From NCBI RefSeq assembly GCF_009914755.1, contig NC_060936.1: DNA of 64,000 nucleotides; one strand, written 5' to 3'. Position numbers and translations under genes: made by a program. Below are positions 13,001 through 27,540 of the stretch, piece by piece. Under the pieces are notes generated by a model. The model saw only the letters and a list, made by a program, of their open reading frames with translations. It made no database searches and had not been told where the DNA came from. This DNA is from the human T2T-CHM13v2.0 reference genome, Homo sapiens. Position 1 is the stretch's first letter, and every line of letters starts with the position of its first letter.

Positions 13001-14998
13001 ATGTCTTCCTGTATCAGTTTACTCAGTATAAGTACTTTGTCTACTAAGGTGCAAATCGTGGAATATGACATCATAGGAATTTGAAGTTGGCCTTCCCTGA
13101 AATGTTGCTTTTTAGTAGTCAGCTGGAATATATTCCTAAACTCAAGTGCTTGGCGTGTGTCCTTCTTTTTTAACCCCTTCTCTCTATTTCTTTCTATTTC
13201 TGCTTTTACCAGAGATATCATCAAAGAATATCAAATTTAAAAAGGGTCTTAATATTGTACTTTCTGAAACAGGTTTATATTTAATTCTATAATACATGAG
13301 TGTTATGATACTGGCCATTCTACTCTTATCCAGGGGAAATATCTGTTTTCCACGGTCTGTCTGCCTTTCCTTTCCTATGTCTCCCCTCGCAACCCCATAC
13401 ACACACACAAAGAAGTTTCACTTTTCGTGGTTGAGGTTTCATCCATAAATTGCACAGTGTTGGCAGGTGAACCATAATCCTTTCATTTTGCTGGAGCAGC
13501 TTAGATCCTTTCCATCACAATGAAGTTTGCTGCCCTTAACTCCCATGTCATCTGACTCCTTTAATAAATCATATTGCCAACCTTTTGGAGAAACCTTTTT
13601 ACATGTGACATCCCCAGTAGGTTGGCAAAGGCTCCCTGGGCCATGCTTCTACAGATGATCGAGTAATAATCCTTCCCACTGTGAACATATGTTTCCTTTT
13701 GTTCTTTGTTTTGTGAGAGACTATCGTTGTGTGAAGGAATGAAAAATTCACATTACACCTCTGCCTCATTTTGGCCCAAAAGAAAATGCACATTTATGTG
13801 GATAACTGATTAAAAACAATATGAGTTGTACTTTATTTTAAAATGTAACACTATTTCTACTATCTAAATATCCAACTTAAAGGTATTTAAACGTATAAGC
13901 AGATTTACTCCTGAACCTTATAAATATAATTCTAACTTGAGGGGTTGTAAAAGAATGTTTGATGTCAGATACAGTTGATGCACTTAAGTAAAACATTGTA
14001 ATTGGTAGCAGTGTGGCACAATAGAAGGCTTAACAACAATGACCACAAGTTTTCATTTTCCCCTAATTTAATGCCTCTCCGTACACAGTTTCAGTGATGT
14101 TGCATTTTCAGAAACATATCCCAGTGCAGTGATGAGCTTTACTGTAAAGCACTTAATGTTTTCATTTAATTACTCCAAATATGTTGTAAATATTTTTGAA
14201 ATAAAGGAATGTCTACTGTAATATTTCTATCTTTCATGGTGCTAGTATGTGGTGTTAGGAATTTAATAGAAGGTTAATAAACAGATTTAAATTTTCTGCA
14301 TTATATAAAAGCTCTGACTGAGAATTATGAAATATTGTAATATTGACTTGTGAACACATCTTTAAGGAAAATATAGGAAAATTATCATTATGGGAGTTAA
14401 ATAATCATAACTACAATGCACTCATTACATTCAAATAGTAAAAATTTTACCAATCACTTATATTAGAATCTTATTAAAACCATAAATTAAAATATCAGTT
14501 ATTTTTCCCAGAAATGTAATATTCTCAGTTGCTCATTTATTCATTAATGTTACCTCACCTCTGTTTAATGTTATTAATTAAAAAGTAGCAAATGACATAC
14601 TAGGGGAAATTGATTTTTTTAACCTGTATGGGTGACCTACAATTTCAGCTAGTACCCAGATATACAGGTAATATTTTTGCCTCCTCTTCCACATCACCAC
14701 TCCGCTATGACCACAACCAACCAGAACTGACCAAGATTTCTGTGTTCCTAGTAGAAATCCTCCTAATGTTTTGTCAGACATCACCCTTAAGAGATGAAGT
14801 ATTTTCTACACCCTGGTCTTGGTTATCCCTATGGTAGTGTTTAATCCAAGGTCGTATAACCCAATTTCTTACAGAACTCTTCTATAGTCATCTTAAATAC
14901 CCATTATATCAGCTCTTTTTGCTCAAATAAATATGTAAGTTTTTTTTGTGCGCTGGTGTCATTGATTTGAGGAACCCAAACAAGGTTAATGTGGCTCA

Positions 14999-15569
<571 letters not shown>

Positions 15570-16899
15570 TTAGCCTTGTGCCAGAAAAGCGTTCGCAAGT
15601 CTTTCAGCATCTAATTCCCGAATGAAAGATTTCTTCTTTCCTTAGACATTCTAGTTACTTAAAGGCCAGCTCCTTTTTCTTCTGAATATTTTAAAACCAC
15701 CAAACAAACAGAAGATGTTTGAAACAAGGTTGCGGGGATTTCCTGATAAAAGGTTTTTTTCTTTCCTTTTTTTCAGGAAATTGAGATGAAAGGGAGAAAA
15801 GTGATATATGCTTGGAAAAATATTTCAGAAACAGAGAATCAGAAATGGAAATAGGACTTCAAGCTTGAGAGCGGTATTGCAAATTATGAGTATGAATGGT
15901 AATTTCTGTAAGAAAATGAATATAGGGGAAATTAGAGAATGAAATGAAGAACATTTGATGAAAACAAATACACTGCAATTCTATTTATATGCAAATAAAT
16001 GTATTTTCTTATCAAATACTCTTTATCTATTTGGTTTTTCACTCTTTATAAATAGGAATGCTGCACAGTTCATTTTTCTAACAAAACTATTTCTATCTTA
16101 ATGAAAATTTAAACTAAATAAACCTATTTTTAAATGTGATTTTTGGTATATTTACTAGCAAATTAAAAGAATAGGAATGCAATTTATCTACAAGTAGTGG
16201 TGCAAGATCAGAATTATATTAATAGTAATCTATATGAGATTTAAATGATGAATGTTTCCCTTTTTTGTGCTATTTCATTTTACTGTTTTCAGATAACTGA
16301 GACTTTGTTTTATTTTCCTCTTTCTGCCTACTAAGTTTTTAATATCAGTGATTTATATAACGGGTGAGGAAAGGCGTCATATGACTCTACCATGCTCTCA
16401 ATACTGTTCCTTCATTATTACCCGCCATTGACCAAATTAAGTGCAGAGGAATTTCTGACCCTGGTTCTCTCTACCTTTAACCCGTATCAGAGACCAATTA
16501 TGAGCCTGCTGTGCTGATATGTGTCTTGTGATTCTCTCTTGGTTCCACGCATAGGAATTTGTGATTGGCATGTACAAACCAGATGTCAGAGAATTCAAAA
16601 GAATTTTCAGTGCCCTTTGTATCTTCGGTCCTATCTGAAGCCTGATTCCCACCTCCCTATACTTACTTTCTGAATCAATATTGTATTTTGATAAACTCTA
16701 GTATTCCTGCTTTTGGATCCTGGCATTAATTATAATTAACCACTCCTTGTCTTTTAGTTTCCTTGAAAGAGCATCCTATAAACATTTTTTGGCTGGCCAA
16801 TCTTTCCCCAATGCCAAAATGGAAAGATTGAGAAGCTCCCTTTCTTCTTCAATACTGTCTTTTGTATTCCAGAATAAAGACTCACTGCCCAATTCCATT

Positions 16900-17625
16900 T
16901 AGTTAATCAAACATCCATTAAGCATCTAATATGTGCCAGGAATTTTACTAGATATTATAGGTACAGAAGTGGATAATACTCAGTTGAGTCCCTGGCAGTG
17001 GCATATTGGGAACATGGACACAGATGATGGTCATTAGAATATGGTGTTTTGTTTTACGGATGAAAATGTGGGCTGCTAGAGGAGAGACACTTAACTATTT
17101 AGTGGTTTGGGAAATTATTTATTTTAAGATGATTCCTGAGCTGAGTCCTGAAGCATAGGTACGAGTTAGGTTTAAATATATACACACAAAGGCAGAGAAA
17201 ACTGCACGAGCAAAGGCCCAGTGTTGTGAAAAGCATGGCAGAGTTTAGGAAAATGCAGATATATATCAAAGGCAATGAAGCCACAGGAGCCAGATCAGGG
17301 AGACTTCTACATGCTGAGCCAGAAAGAAGGATCTCTGTATTCTCTAGGGGAAGAGGCCTTATCGAAGGGTTTAATCAAGGCATTAGTGAGATAAGAGTTG
17401 CATTTCAGATAGAGCGCTTTGCCTGCAAGAAAGGCTATCCCAAAGGTAGAGCCAGCCTGGAAGAATTAAACTAGTAGCAGGTTGTTGAAATTATCCAATT
17501 AAGAGACGACAAACACTGGCATTAGGGTGACAGACAGTCAAAGAGTGGCAATGTTGAAAAATAGCTACATTGGCAAGACTGATTAGATGTGGGAAATTGG
17601 AGAGAGCAAGATGTAGGGTAATTTC
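16900..17625 (-). mobile_element. L2 fragment
   Basis: aatcaaacatccattaagcatctaatatgtgccagg terminus and purine-rich body. Confidence 0.55.
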
Positions 17626-17734
17626 TTGGTAACCAACCCTCTTGCCTGGAAGAGTAGCGGTCTCAAGATAACATGTGTGCTGGACAGTCTACTCTCGAGA
17701 TCAACTGTGCTGGATAGTCTGCTCTTGAGATCAA

Positions 17735-18110
17735 CTCACCTCTCCACTGTGCCCAGTGCCAGGAAGTGTCCCTCTATGGACCATTTCTTCCTGTTCCCTT
17801 GCCCTTTGGTTCCTAGTGAGTTTGGCCAATAGAAGGCACTAGCCAAAGATTACTGCTAGAAGGAGGGAGAAATCAAATCATTTATTCTCCTAGCCTCCAC
17901 CCTGGCCAGCCCCCATTAGGCAGTGGCTTCATTCTCTCTTCCAGTTCTATAGTCAGCCCCTCTTACAAGGCTGATGTTCTGGCCAAATTCCTGAAACAGT
18001 TCTCTGTCTTTATCCCTTGAGAGCAATAGCTTCTCCCTGCTTCTAGACCCTAAGTATGTTTTCTCCATGCTTAATACATTATTTCTGCTCCAAACCTTGA
18101 TCGCTTTGGC
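17735..18110. mobile_element. ERVL LTR (LTR33-like)
   Basis: gagtttggccaatagaaggcactag...atttattctcctagcctccaccctg...ggcagtggcttcattc resembles LTR33. Confidence 0.5.
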
Positions 18111-18642
18111 TAGTCCATCCCTTCATTTCATTCTCTGGGATTTTCTTTTTGAGTGTCCTGCTGGGACCATGACTGATATAAGACATGGTAGGTTTGGTGG
18201 TAGACCTTTGAGTTTGAAGCAGTTGAAAACAAATAAATAAACAAAAACAGGTACTTGATATGAGTCTGAAGGGTAGAGGAGATGGAAGGCCTGGAGATGT
18301 GAATGGGATCCCCTAGCAGAGAGAAAGGGAGTGAAGGGCAGTGGGCCGGAAGGGGGTCTTGAGAGGCACCGATTGTTAATTTCAGGCAAATAAGGAATTT
18401 AAGAAGTTGAAGGCACAGCCAGAGAGGTACAGAAGGAAAGCAAAATCAAGGAAACCCAAGATCTAGGAAATTTCAAGTGGAGGACTTGGCAAACAGCATC
18501 TAATGCAACAGAGAGGCCCTATAAGCTAAGGTCTGGAAAATATCTTTATATTAGGAAATAGGTAGGCTATTGGACTCTCTGGAGACTGGGAGGTATAAAT
18601 GCTTCCGGGAATTGAAGAATAAAAAAGCAGCCCCTTATCTGA

Positions 18643-18873
18643 TAAGAGCATAGGTGCCAGGTGAGATCAGAGAGACCTGAAGTCAATATCAATTCTCCAC
18701 TATGCTATTTACTGGCAGTAGGATGCTGGGAAAGTTATTTCACCTCTCTGGATTCCCTTTTGTTCATCTCTTATACATATGTCTTAGAATTATTGTCAGG
18801 AATAAATAAGAAAATGACCACAAAGTACTGGGAACAGTGCCTAGAATACAGTGAGCACTCAATTAATGTTATG
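18643..18873 (+). mobile_element. MIR
   Basis: MIR core (gggaaagttatttcacctctctg) and 3' end (gaacagtgcctagaatacagtgagcactcaattaatgtt). Confidence 0.75.
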
Positions 18874-19228
18874 TATAACAATAAACTAAAGAGAAAAATA
18901 GTAAAAATAGGCAAAGTGAAGTCAAAGAGGTAGGGCAATAAAAATGTGTACAGAGCAGCATTTCCCAAAATGTGCTCCACAGTACACTGGAGAGGCTGGC
19001 AATACTCTTGTATTGAATGTTATTAAAAATGAATACCTTTGTGGTGACATGAATTTGGGAAATTATTAGTTTAACTTTGTTTAAACTAGTATTAACTTGT
19101 TTTTGTGTGCCAGAATTTCTTAGAACTTTTAATATGTTAACACGTATTGTATCTTCCACAGGAGAAATATGATGTATAACATTTTCAAACTTGTTTGATT
19201 ATAGTATCCTTTTTGTTTCTCTTTCTTT

Positions 19229-19470
19229 CTTTTTTTTTTTTTTTTTTTTGACAGAGTCTTGTTGCTCTGCCACCAAGGCTGGAATGCAGTGACATGATCT
19301 AGGCTCACTGCAACCTCTGCCTTCCAGGTTCAAGCAATTCTCCTGCCTCAGCCTCCCAAGTGGCTGCGATTACAGGCATGCACCAGCCTGCTCAGCTAAT
19401 TTTTTGTATTTTTAGTAGAGACAGAATTTCACCATGTTGGCCAGGTTGGTCTTGAACTTCTGACCTCAGG
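19229..19470 (-). mobile_element. AluS, 5'-truncated
   Basis: Poly-T then antisense Alu that stops at tgacctcagg. Confidence 0.92.
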
Positions 19471-20489
19471 AGAATAATGAATATGCTCTAAGAAACAATA
19501 TTTATGCTTATATGATAGATGCTTTGTTTATCTTTCCTTTGTTTAAAAAATTATAAATGTAACCTTAAGGATAAAGAAAACATAGCAGCAAGATCAACTG
19601 TAATTTAAATCTCAGAATCAGGAGAATTTGCTTGGAAAGCAATCATCCCAACTTTCTTATAAAACACTGATGTTCAGGAAAATGCTTTTGGAGGAAAATA
19701 CGTAGATATCTTCCTTACTTTATGGACTGTACTAATTCTGGCTTCAGTAATTGTACATGTAAAATGTTTCTTTGAGTTTTGAATCAAAAAATGAACCATA
19801 CATTTTAACATCATTTTCCAATGTAATTATCTTAATATATAGCTTAACAGACCAATCAACTTTGTTCAGTATATATCATTGAATCATAAAGCCATATTTT
19901 TTCAAAGACCATCTAGTTCAAAATTTAAGCTGATGCTTAGATATTGTCTCTAATATCACTGCTAATTAATCATAAATGGTGACATTACCAACAGCTGTAA
20001 AGTAGCCATTCCACCTTCAGACAACAGTTTTGTTGTTTTGTTGATTTGGTTTGGTCTTGAGATTAACTACTTCTGGTTGTAGCATTCACATGTTACTTCC
20101 ATCTCTGTTTGACTTTAGTAGAGCACTATATAGTAACTGCTCTTGCTCTCATGCATGTTATGAATAACTGCTTTGCCAACAGACCTGATGGCTTATAAAG
20201 ATAAAATGTGAGAAGCTTGTCATCTCACTGTTCTGTCCTCATCCTCCATCACACAACTTTAAGCTATTTACACCAGCCTGAGTTTTCTGCCTATTGCCAT
20301 TTTTTTCTTTTTTATAGCCCCAATAACAAATTGAGTAGAAAACAGTTTTTATTCTTCCCGAGGGTGTTCCACGATGAACCATGGTAAGGAGTTGGGAATG
20401 CTAGTGTGAGAAAAATGCATGGCACATAGTAAGCATTCTATACATGCAGATTTTATATTATTCCAATCTCTGCTCAAGAAACATTTTTA

Positions 20490-20785
20490 TTCAGCACTTC
20501 TTTCTGAACAGCCTATCTAAAATCATCCCTATCACTCTAATATTTTACCACTCTTACCTAAGCTTCTTTTTCTTCAGAGAATGTATCATTCACTAAATGA
20601 CATTACATTGCATATTTTATGATAACTTAGCTCCTCTATGGGAATATTTATAGGTTTCATGACAGCAAGGACTTTGTCCATTGTGTTCACTGTTGTATCC
20701 TCAGCTCCTGGAAGAGTGCCTGGCCTATGGTAATGTCCAGTGAACATTTGTTGAACGAGTGAATGAATGAGTGTTGAATAAATAA
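20490..20785 (+). mobile_element. L2a 3' end
   Basis: ttgtgttcactgttgtatcctcagctcctggaagagtgcctggc...atttgttgaacgagtgaatgaatga. Confidence 0.8.
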
Positions 20786-23700
20786 ATGGAGTGAGGGAGG
20801 TCAAATGGAAGGTATGGGACAGACTCGAGACAGAGGAATAGCAGGATGCAGGTGTGCAAGCACAGGGAGTAGAGAAGCTGCACAGTGAGATGAGCTAGGA
20901 GGGAGGGTCTATCAGGCAGGCGCCACTGAGTCGGGCTGGGGAGGCAGTGGCACCAGGGTGGAGGATGACCTGGAGATGCCATTTTGCTCTGGTGGAGGGA
21001 ATAGAGGTTTTATTACCACAGGTGAAAATGAGCTCATTTAGACATCAAGATAATGTTCCTGACCCTTTTTTTTCTCTTTATTTTATCAGGTTAGAGTAAA
21101 CCACTGAGGACCAAATGATGGGTGCCCAAGTCATAAATAGGTTCCCTTGTGTAATGAAGCAAAAGCATAGCTTTTCTGATCATTTATTCTCCATCGTATT
21201 CATTGACTGTGCCTATAATTTACTTACTTATAAAAAGTAAGTTTTTAAAATGTAAAACTTTGTTTTTATCTTGGCTCTACGGTTTGAAAATGTCAAATAG
21301 AAACTTAATGTGTAAATCTTTTTTTCTCTCACCATGCACGTCATATAACCAGATTGTCTCTAGACCTCAAAAGGCATTTCTGGAAACTCACACAACTAAC
21401 TGAAGCTCTGATGATAAATTATTGTTTTTCTTCAAAACTTAAAACTTTTATGATTTCCTTTACTTTTGGAAATTTTATTGTTTATTTTTTTAAATGCACA
21501 TAGATACCTCACGGAAATTTTAAAAATGACTTTTTGAAAATGATTGTCTTTTCCTGGATAAAATTCCATTACGTAACTTCTTATAGAAACAACTGGTAAT
21601 TTTTATACTCAGTTGAAATACTAGGTGATAAATATTTTATTATGCAACACAGACAGTGAGTTAAACATGCTGATTCATGAGTGCTACATAAAGTGTTAGT
21701 ACATATAGACCAAAAACCTGAATTGTCCAGATTTTCAAGTGACTAACATACAAAATATATGCTTAAGACAACTGCTATTACTTAAATAATTCAGTATTTC
21801 TCTGGTAAGTTGAAAGGTATTACATAATCTTGTAATGCACTGATCTATATCCATAGTCTATTAACTGTACTGAAAAAGTACTGAAGTTTGGGTTAGCTGT
21901 AATTTTTATTCTACAACTTTAATTTTGTTTCTGTTTGTTGGCAAATCAATATATCATCCAAAGCCAAAAATAGAAGGAAAATTGTGATCAAATTATTTAC
22001 ACTCTCACATACATGACTGAAAGGAGTTTTTGCTCCTGCCTTTATAAATTTATGATCAGGAGACTCACTTCTGGAGTATAAAAATAGCATTAATAATTCT
22101 TTAATGAATTGTTTTCCTTAAAATTAATAATCTTCTTTACTCAATATCAAATCAAAATTTCTGGAAACATTTGAAAACACATTTACACAAGTCTCTTTCT
22201 GTCTCTGGAGTGGCTACACTAGAATTAAGCTAATTGTCACACATCATCCTGTCTCTGAGATAAGCCAGGAATTTCCAATTTTAGTCAAGTTGGTGATCCA
22301 TAAAATAGATATCCTAGTAAAATTACTATGAGCTTTCTACTTACTTTGATATTGTGCTGATAACTAAAGTGTAATTATAAAAATTGAAGTGTTGTTACTG
22401 CCAAATACCACAAAGTATAAGCATCACACTTATAATAATACATATTGACACCATCACCTTAAGAAATATCTTCTCATTTGAATGTACTTAAAATTCTTAG
22501 ATTTTTATCTAGGAAAAAAAATTGGCTTCTAAAGTTCGTGAATGTTAAGTTGATTAATAAGATAAATAGTAAAAGACCGAGGGAATGGTATATTGTCTCC
22601 ATGTATTATTAAACATTGAGTCATGTGGTCATCTCTTAAAGGATTATAGAAAAAAAAGGTTTTTATGAAATGCATTGGTGTAATAGCCTTATTTACATAT
22701 AAACATAGTGAGGAGATGTGCCCAAGTTTATTCTGCATTGCCATGGGGGAATTTCCTCTGCAATTTTCCCTAACTAAATTATACTTTTTAATTAGTCTTT
22801 TAGAACTGACTATAGGCCTTATTCAAAGTGGTTAGATACTTGAGATTTGTAATATGGAAATTGTGGTATTGACAAAGCTTTGCTAAAATAATCACAAGGA
22901 CTTAGAACTAAATACTTTGGAATTCATTCTAAAAACTTAGTTTATGAGGTTTTGTTATTTTTTTTTAATTAGCGAAATTTGCTAAAACTGAGCCACCCTT
23001 ATAATGTGTCTCAGATTGCTTCCTTGGATTTACATTTTATTTATTTGCAACAAATAAAATACAGTTGCATCTTTAAACCCTTTTTCCATCTCTATGCTAT
23101 TACCTTGGTTCATTTCTACTGCTAGATTGATGTAACATCTTTCTTTTCTGAAGGATAGTTGAGAAACTAATGAGAATCTTTCCATTGAAATTCTTGCTGC
23201 TACACTGAGGCCTTCAATTAGCCTCTTTACTATATGGCTGCTTATGGTTTTGAAGTAAGGTATTCTTAATTTGATATCTTTAAGCCTGAATCAGGTGTGC
23301 ATCATCATGCACGAGAATTCTGTAATAACATACAAAGAACTGGAAAACTGACAGATGTTCACAGCGGAAAATGTATAAAATACAACAGGCAGAAAAAGAA
23401 TATCATCATTCCTAAACACTGCATTCCAAAATAGCTACCATCTGGAGACATATCTTTCCAAATCTTTTCCTGTATCTGTGCATTTGAGTGTGTATGTTAA
23501 AAAAAAAAAAGGTATAAAACTTCCCTACTATACATGCTTTTTTCACTTAAAGGTATTGTGATAATTTTTTTCAAGACCTGAACATTTTCACTCTTCTGCA
23601 ATTTAGGACATTAACCCATATGTCAAGGTCAATTGCATGCAATTCCCAAGTGTATTTGCATTGTTAAAGACGTAGATGATCATAGATACAGATTGTAACC

Positions 23701-23984
23701 ATGAAGTGGGGAAAAGGAATTTGTTGAGCAAAGAGATTGTTGTCTATGTATGTGCCCACCATTAGTGTAACTACTGAAGAATTACACACATAGCAAAACT
23801 TCAGAGGCTATATTGGCAGGCATTTATTTTCCATTTTTTCACAACTAAACACTGTGCATAAGGAACTTAAGAATAAAGGCATGCTGGTTAAAAAAAAAGA
23901 TATAGGATTGAATTCTGGCTGTATTCTTTACTAGCTATGGCATTTGGCAGTGTACTGATCTCTTCATAGAAGACAAATCACAGT

Positions 23985-24440
23985 GGCTGCACAGATCACT
24001 ATTCCTCCAGCAGCCCAGTCTGCCATCCCACCAGGTCAGCCTACGCCCAGCCTTGCTAATATCTTGCTAATCTTGGAGGAAAATTTCTTTTCCTCTTTGA
24101 TCCACATAGTCTGAAGTTGGGATACCATTCTCCTACTTGACCTCACTGCTCTGGGCAGAATGAACAGCCAAGAGGTGAACACCTGACCTAAGCCCATGTG
24201 GGGACTGCACCTCGCTGACCACTGTCTTTGGAATTGGCATGTGATCTAAGCCAGAACAATCAGAACCTAGTCCTACAATTGTTTTCAAACTGGCAATGGC
24301 AGGGGAGGTGAAAGAATATTTTCCTTTCCAGTTGTGGAGCTAAGGCATGAGCTTGGACAGTGTCCTCAACCATAAAACTGACTCAAGAAGAAACGTTTTG
24401 TAGGAAGAAATATTTTATAGCAGAAAAGAAGCCAGCAGGA
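23985..24440 (+). mobile_element. Old MaLR LTR (MLT1K/L-like)
   Basis: Repeated acctgacctaagccc / atgtgatctaagccagaacaatcaga motifs. Confidence 0.45.
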
Positions 24441-24613
24441 ATAGTAGAGACTTCAGCAAGACTATCATTCATTGCAGGAAGATGATCTCATTCCTCAGAC
24501 TCCAGTGAGTCACTCCACAGGCACTTAGAAAAATTACAAATTTACTAAAATTCAACTCCATCATAACCAAGCAGGCATAATAGTGATACTTGGGATCCTT
24601 ATGTAAACTGAAT

Positions 24614-24734
24614 CAGAGTGATTATGTAATTTATCATACCAACCGGAACACTTCCGAGAGTGAAGGGATCCTTATGCCAGGACAGAAGACGCAAATCAGC
24701 CTGTTCTGGGAAAACCGTGATGGATGGTTACCTC
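24614..24734. mobile_element. MER81-like hAT-Blackjack MITE
   Basis: cagagtgattatgtaatttatcataccaaccggaacacttccgagagtgaaggg...atggttacctc. Confidence 0.6.
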
Positions 24735-24859
24735 TTCCTGAAAACACAAACAAACACGTTTTGTGCAGTATGCAGTCACTAGTTCCTCGCCCATCTCACT
24801 CATCCATGAAAATCTCTGCTCTAAGATGAACTAACCATAGAAAAGGAATTGCAATTATC

Positions 24860-25515
24860 TTAAATCAAAAACTAAAACCTGTACACACATATTCCTAGAA
24901 ACTTCCTACTAGCCCAGAACTGAGAATAACCAAAATGTCCTTCAACAAGTAAAAAGTTTAAAAACTGTGGTGCATCCATACCATATAATATTATTCAGCA
25001 ATGAAAAGGAATGAACCATTGATACACATAGCCACTTAAATGAACTTCAGGAAAATAATGCTGAGTGGAAAAAGTCCATCTCAAAAGGTCTCATTCTGTA
25101 TGATTCCATTATATAACATTATGATGAAGGAAAGTTTCATGGTTGCCAAAGACTAGGGATTAGGGGAATGGGGAATAGCTGCATGTGGCTAAAAGGGGCT
25201 AACATGAGGAAGCCTTGAAATAATGAAACAGTTATATATCTTGATTGTGGTGGTAATTACATAAAGTTATACATGTGATAAATTTGTAAGATCTGGACAT
25301 ACACTCACAAATGAGCACATATGTAACTGGTGAAATCTGTATATGCTCTATGAGATGTACTAATATCAATTTCACCTTTTGGATTTTTCTTGTTTTAATA
25401 TGTAAGATATCAACATTGGGGGAGGCAGGATCAAAAGTACCTGGAACTTTCCTGTATATTTCCTTGCAACTTCGTATAAATCTGTAGTTATCTCCAGGAA
25501 AAATGTTTTTAAAAA
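24860..25515 (+). mobile_element. L1MD-like 3' end
   Basis: aaactgtggtgcatccatacc...cagcaatgaaaaggaatgaac...tgtaactggtgaaatctg...ttgcaacttc. Confidence 0.75.
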
Positions 25516-27329
25516 CTTTATTAGGTTTTTCAAAGCTTGCTTTGTTTTGTTTTTTGTATGTGTGTGTGGCACTCTGCTATGTATTTTAACAGTGGATAGA
25601 TATAGTCTTTGTCCTACAGGGACTGTTTCAGAAAAACAATAACTACAATTGCAGGGAAAGTAAGTTATCGAAGCAAATTTGAAGCACCTAGGAACATACA
25701 CAAAATACACAAAGACCTCAATAAAACACCATTAGCTGCAAACTCAAATTTATTATGAAGCACGTTGTATATTGGACTATATTCTTACCAGGTTTATCTA
25801 GAAAGTTCTTGAAAGGACCAATCATTAAGGCATTCCCCTTCATAATTCCCACAACATTGTTAAAGGCAACATTTTAATGACTCTTCAGAGAATCAGATAA
25901 AAAAGGAAATTACCACTGTAAGAGGTAAGGGCAAAATATTAATTGATAAAGTAATATTCTTCCATTCTTTTAGTAATTATTAAGTAGCATATCTGGAAAT
26001 GGTATAAATAAGTCTGAACAAAATAGAAAGTATAAGATAAGCTTACAAGGTTTGAGTAAAACAGGAGCGGAGTAGAGGAAAAGAATGGATGAAGTATTAA
26101 TGTGAAGATGAATACATGTTCAGATATTTCCACCAGTCAATCATCAAACATGTATTAAGGTAAACATGTAAGGAAGGCACTGTGTTCCTCATTTTAAGAG
26201 TACAAAACAAAGTTATTTTGCTAAGAAGTCTGTAATACAAGTGAAAATAACAAACATGTAAGAAGCTAAAGGGCAATATATGAGTTAATACTATAATAGA
26301 AGCTTTGAAGTATTAACGTATTAGTTTATAAATGAATGAGAAAGAGAACTGTATTGAAATAAATGTCCTTGCATTCAGATAAAGGAAAAAGCTCTTGGGC
26401 TGGAGGGAGCACTGATTTCATGAAGGAAGACAAAAATTTAATATAAGTCCAATAGAGTTTAAACAGTTAAGAGCAGGTTAAGGAAAACATTTCACATTGG
26501 AGAAAGAGAAGAACAGAAGTAGAAACACGAGAAAATGTAAGTTATGTTTAGGAGGCTTGAATAAAACAGTGGGGACAGATTCAGGTCCTGAGGAGGATGA
26601 GTAGTTGGAAATGAGGTTGAAAAGGTGGTTTTGCCCAGCCATGAACTTCTATTCATAATAATCTATTCAATAATGCTGCAAAGGGAAACATTAAAATGAG
26701 CTTTAGTTCAGCAGTGGTGTGCAGGAAAAAAATTATCATACCTCATTTTAGCTTTAATTGATTTTATAATTCCAAATTTGCTGTTAAATGCAAATGCTTA
26801 ATTCTAAATACGTGTGCTCTGTCTTAATTAGATAAAATAATCCTCTGTTGCTTGGGTAGTTCAGTAAATTAGTCCCTAGACTTAAACTCCCCTGGATCAT
26901 GTTGTTTATGCATTAATCGGTATGCACTCTTAGAGATAAATGAAAAATAAATGGATTTTTTCAGAGACAAGTTGTAACTGTCAGCATACTTTCAAATTTA
27001 TATCCTCTGCATGTGACTAAAAATTTGCCATCGTTTACTGTAGTAATTACAATTCATATATATATGCTCCCATACTTGTAGAATTTCTTCTACATGTTTG
27101 TATTTTATTTAAAACTACATGTTGCTAGCCAAAGCTAAGTAGAGAATCTAAACCTCACCATTATGTACATAACCATGCCACCAACTCAACAATGTAGGTT
27201 CTATCTGCATTTGTATATAAGATATGTCCCAAAGGAACTAATCAATGTAGGTAACTGAAGCAGAAATTAAATGATTTAGTTCTTCCAAGCCTCACTGCCT
27301 TATTGATAATGATGGAGATGATACTGATG

Positions 27330-27540
27330 ATCCCTACCATTGACTGAGTGACTGCTGTTTATTGGGGACATTCCTAGGAACTTTATGTACATTATCTCAT
27401 CGAATCCTTATACACTCCTATATATTATAATCATTTCAGTAATGGGCAAACTGAGTTTCAGGGAGAAACTAAAGGAGTTAGGAGTGAAACCTTGGTCCAT
27501 TTGACCACAGAACTCTACACACACTGTAACATACCATACT
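27330..27540 (-). mobile_element. MIR
   Basis: Antisense MIR motifs (attatctcatcgaatcctta...gggcaaactgagtttcag). Confidence 0.6.

Noticed and set aside
18951-19205. Possible hAT-Charlie MITE (similar at ~61101-61280)
   Set aside because: Ends look hAT-like, but I cannot assign family or boundaries reliably by eye.
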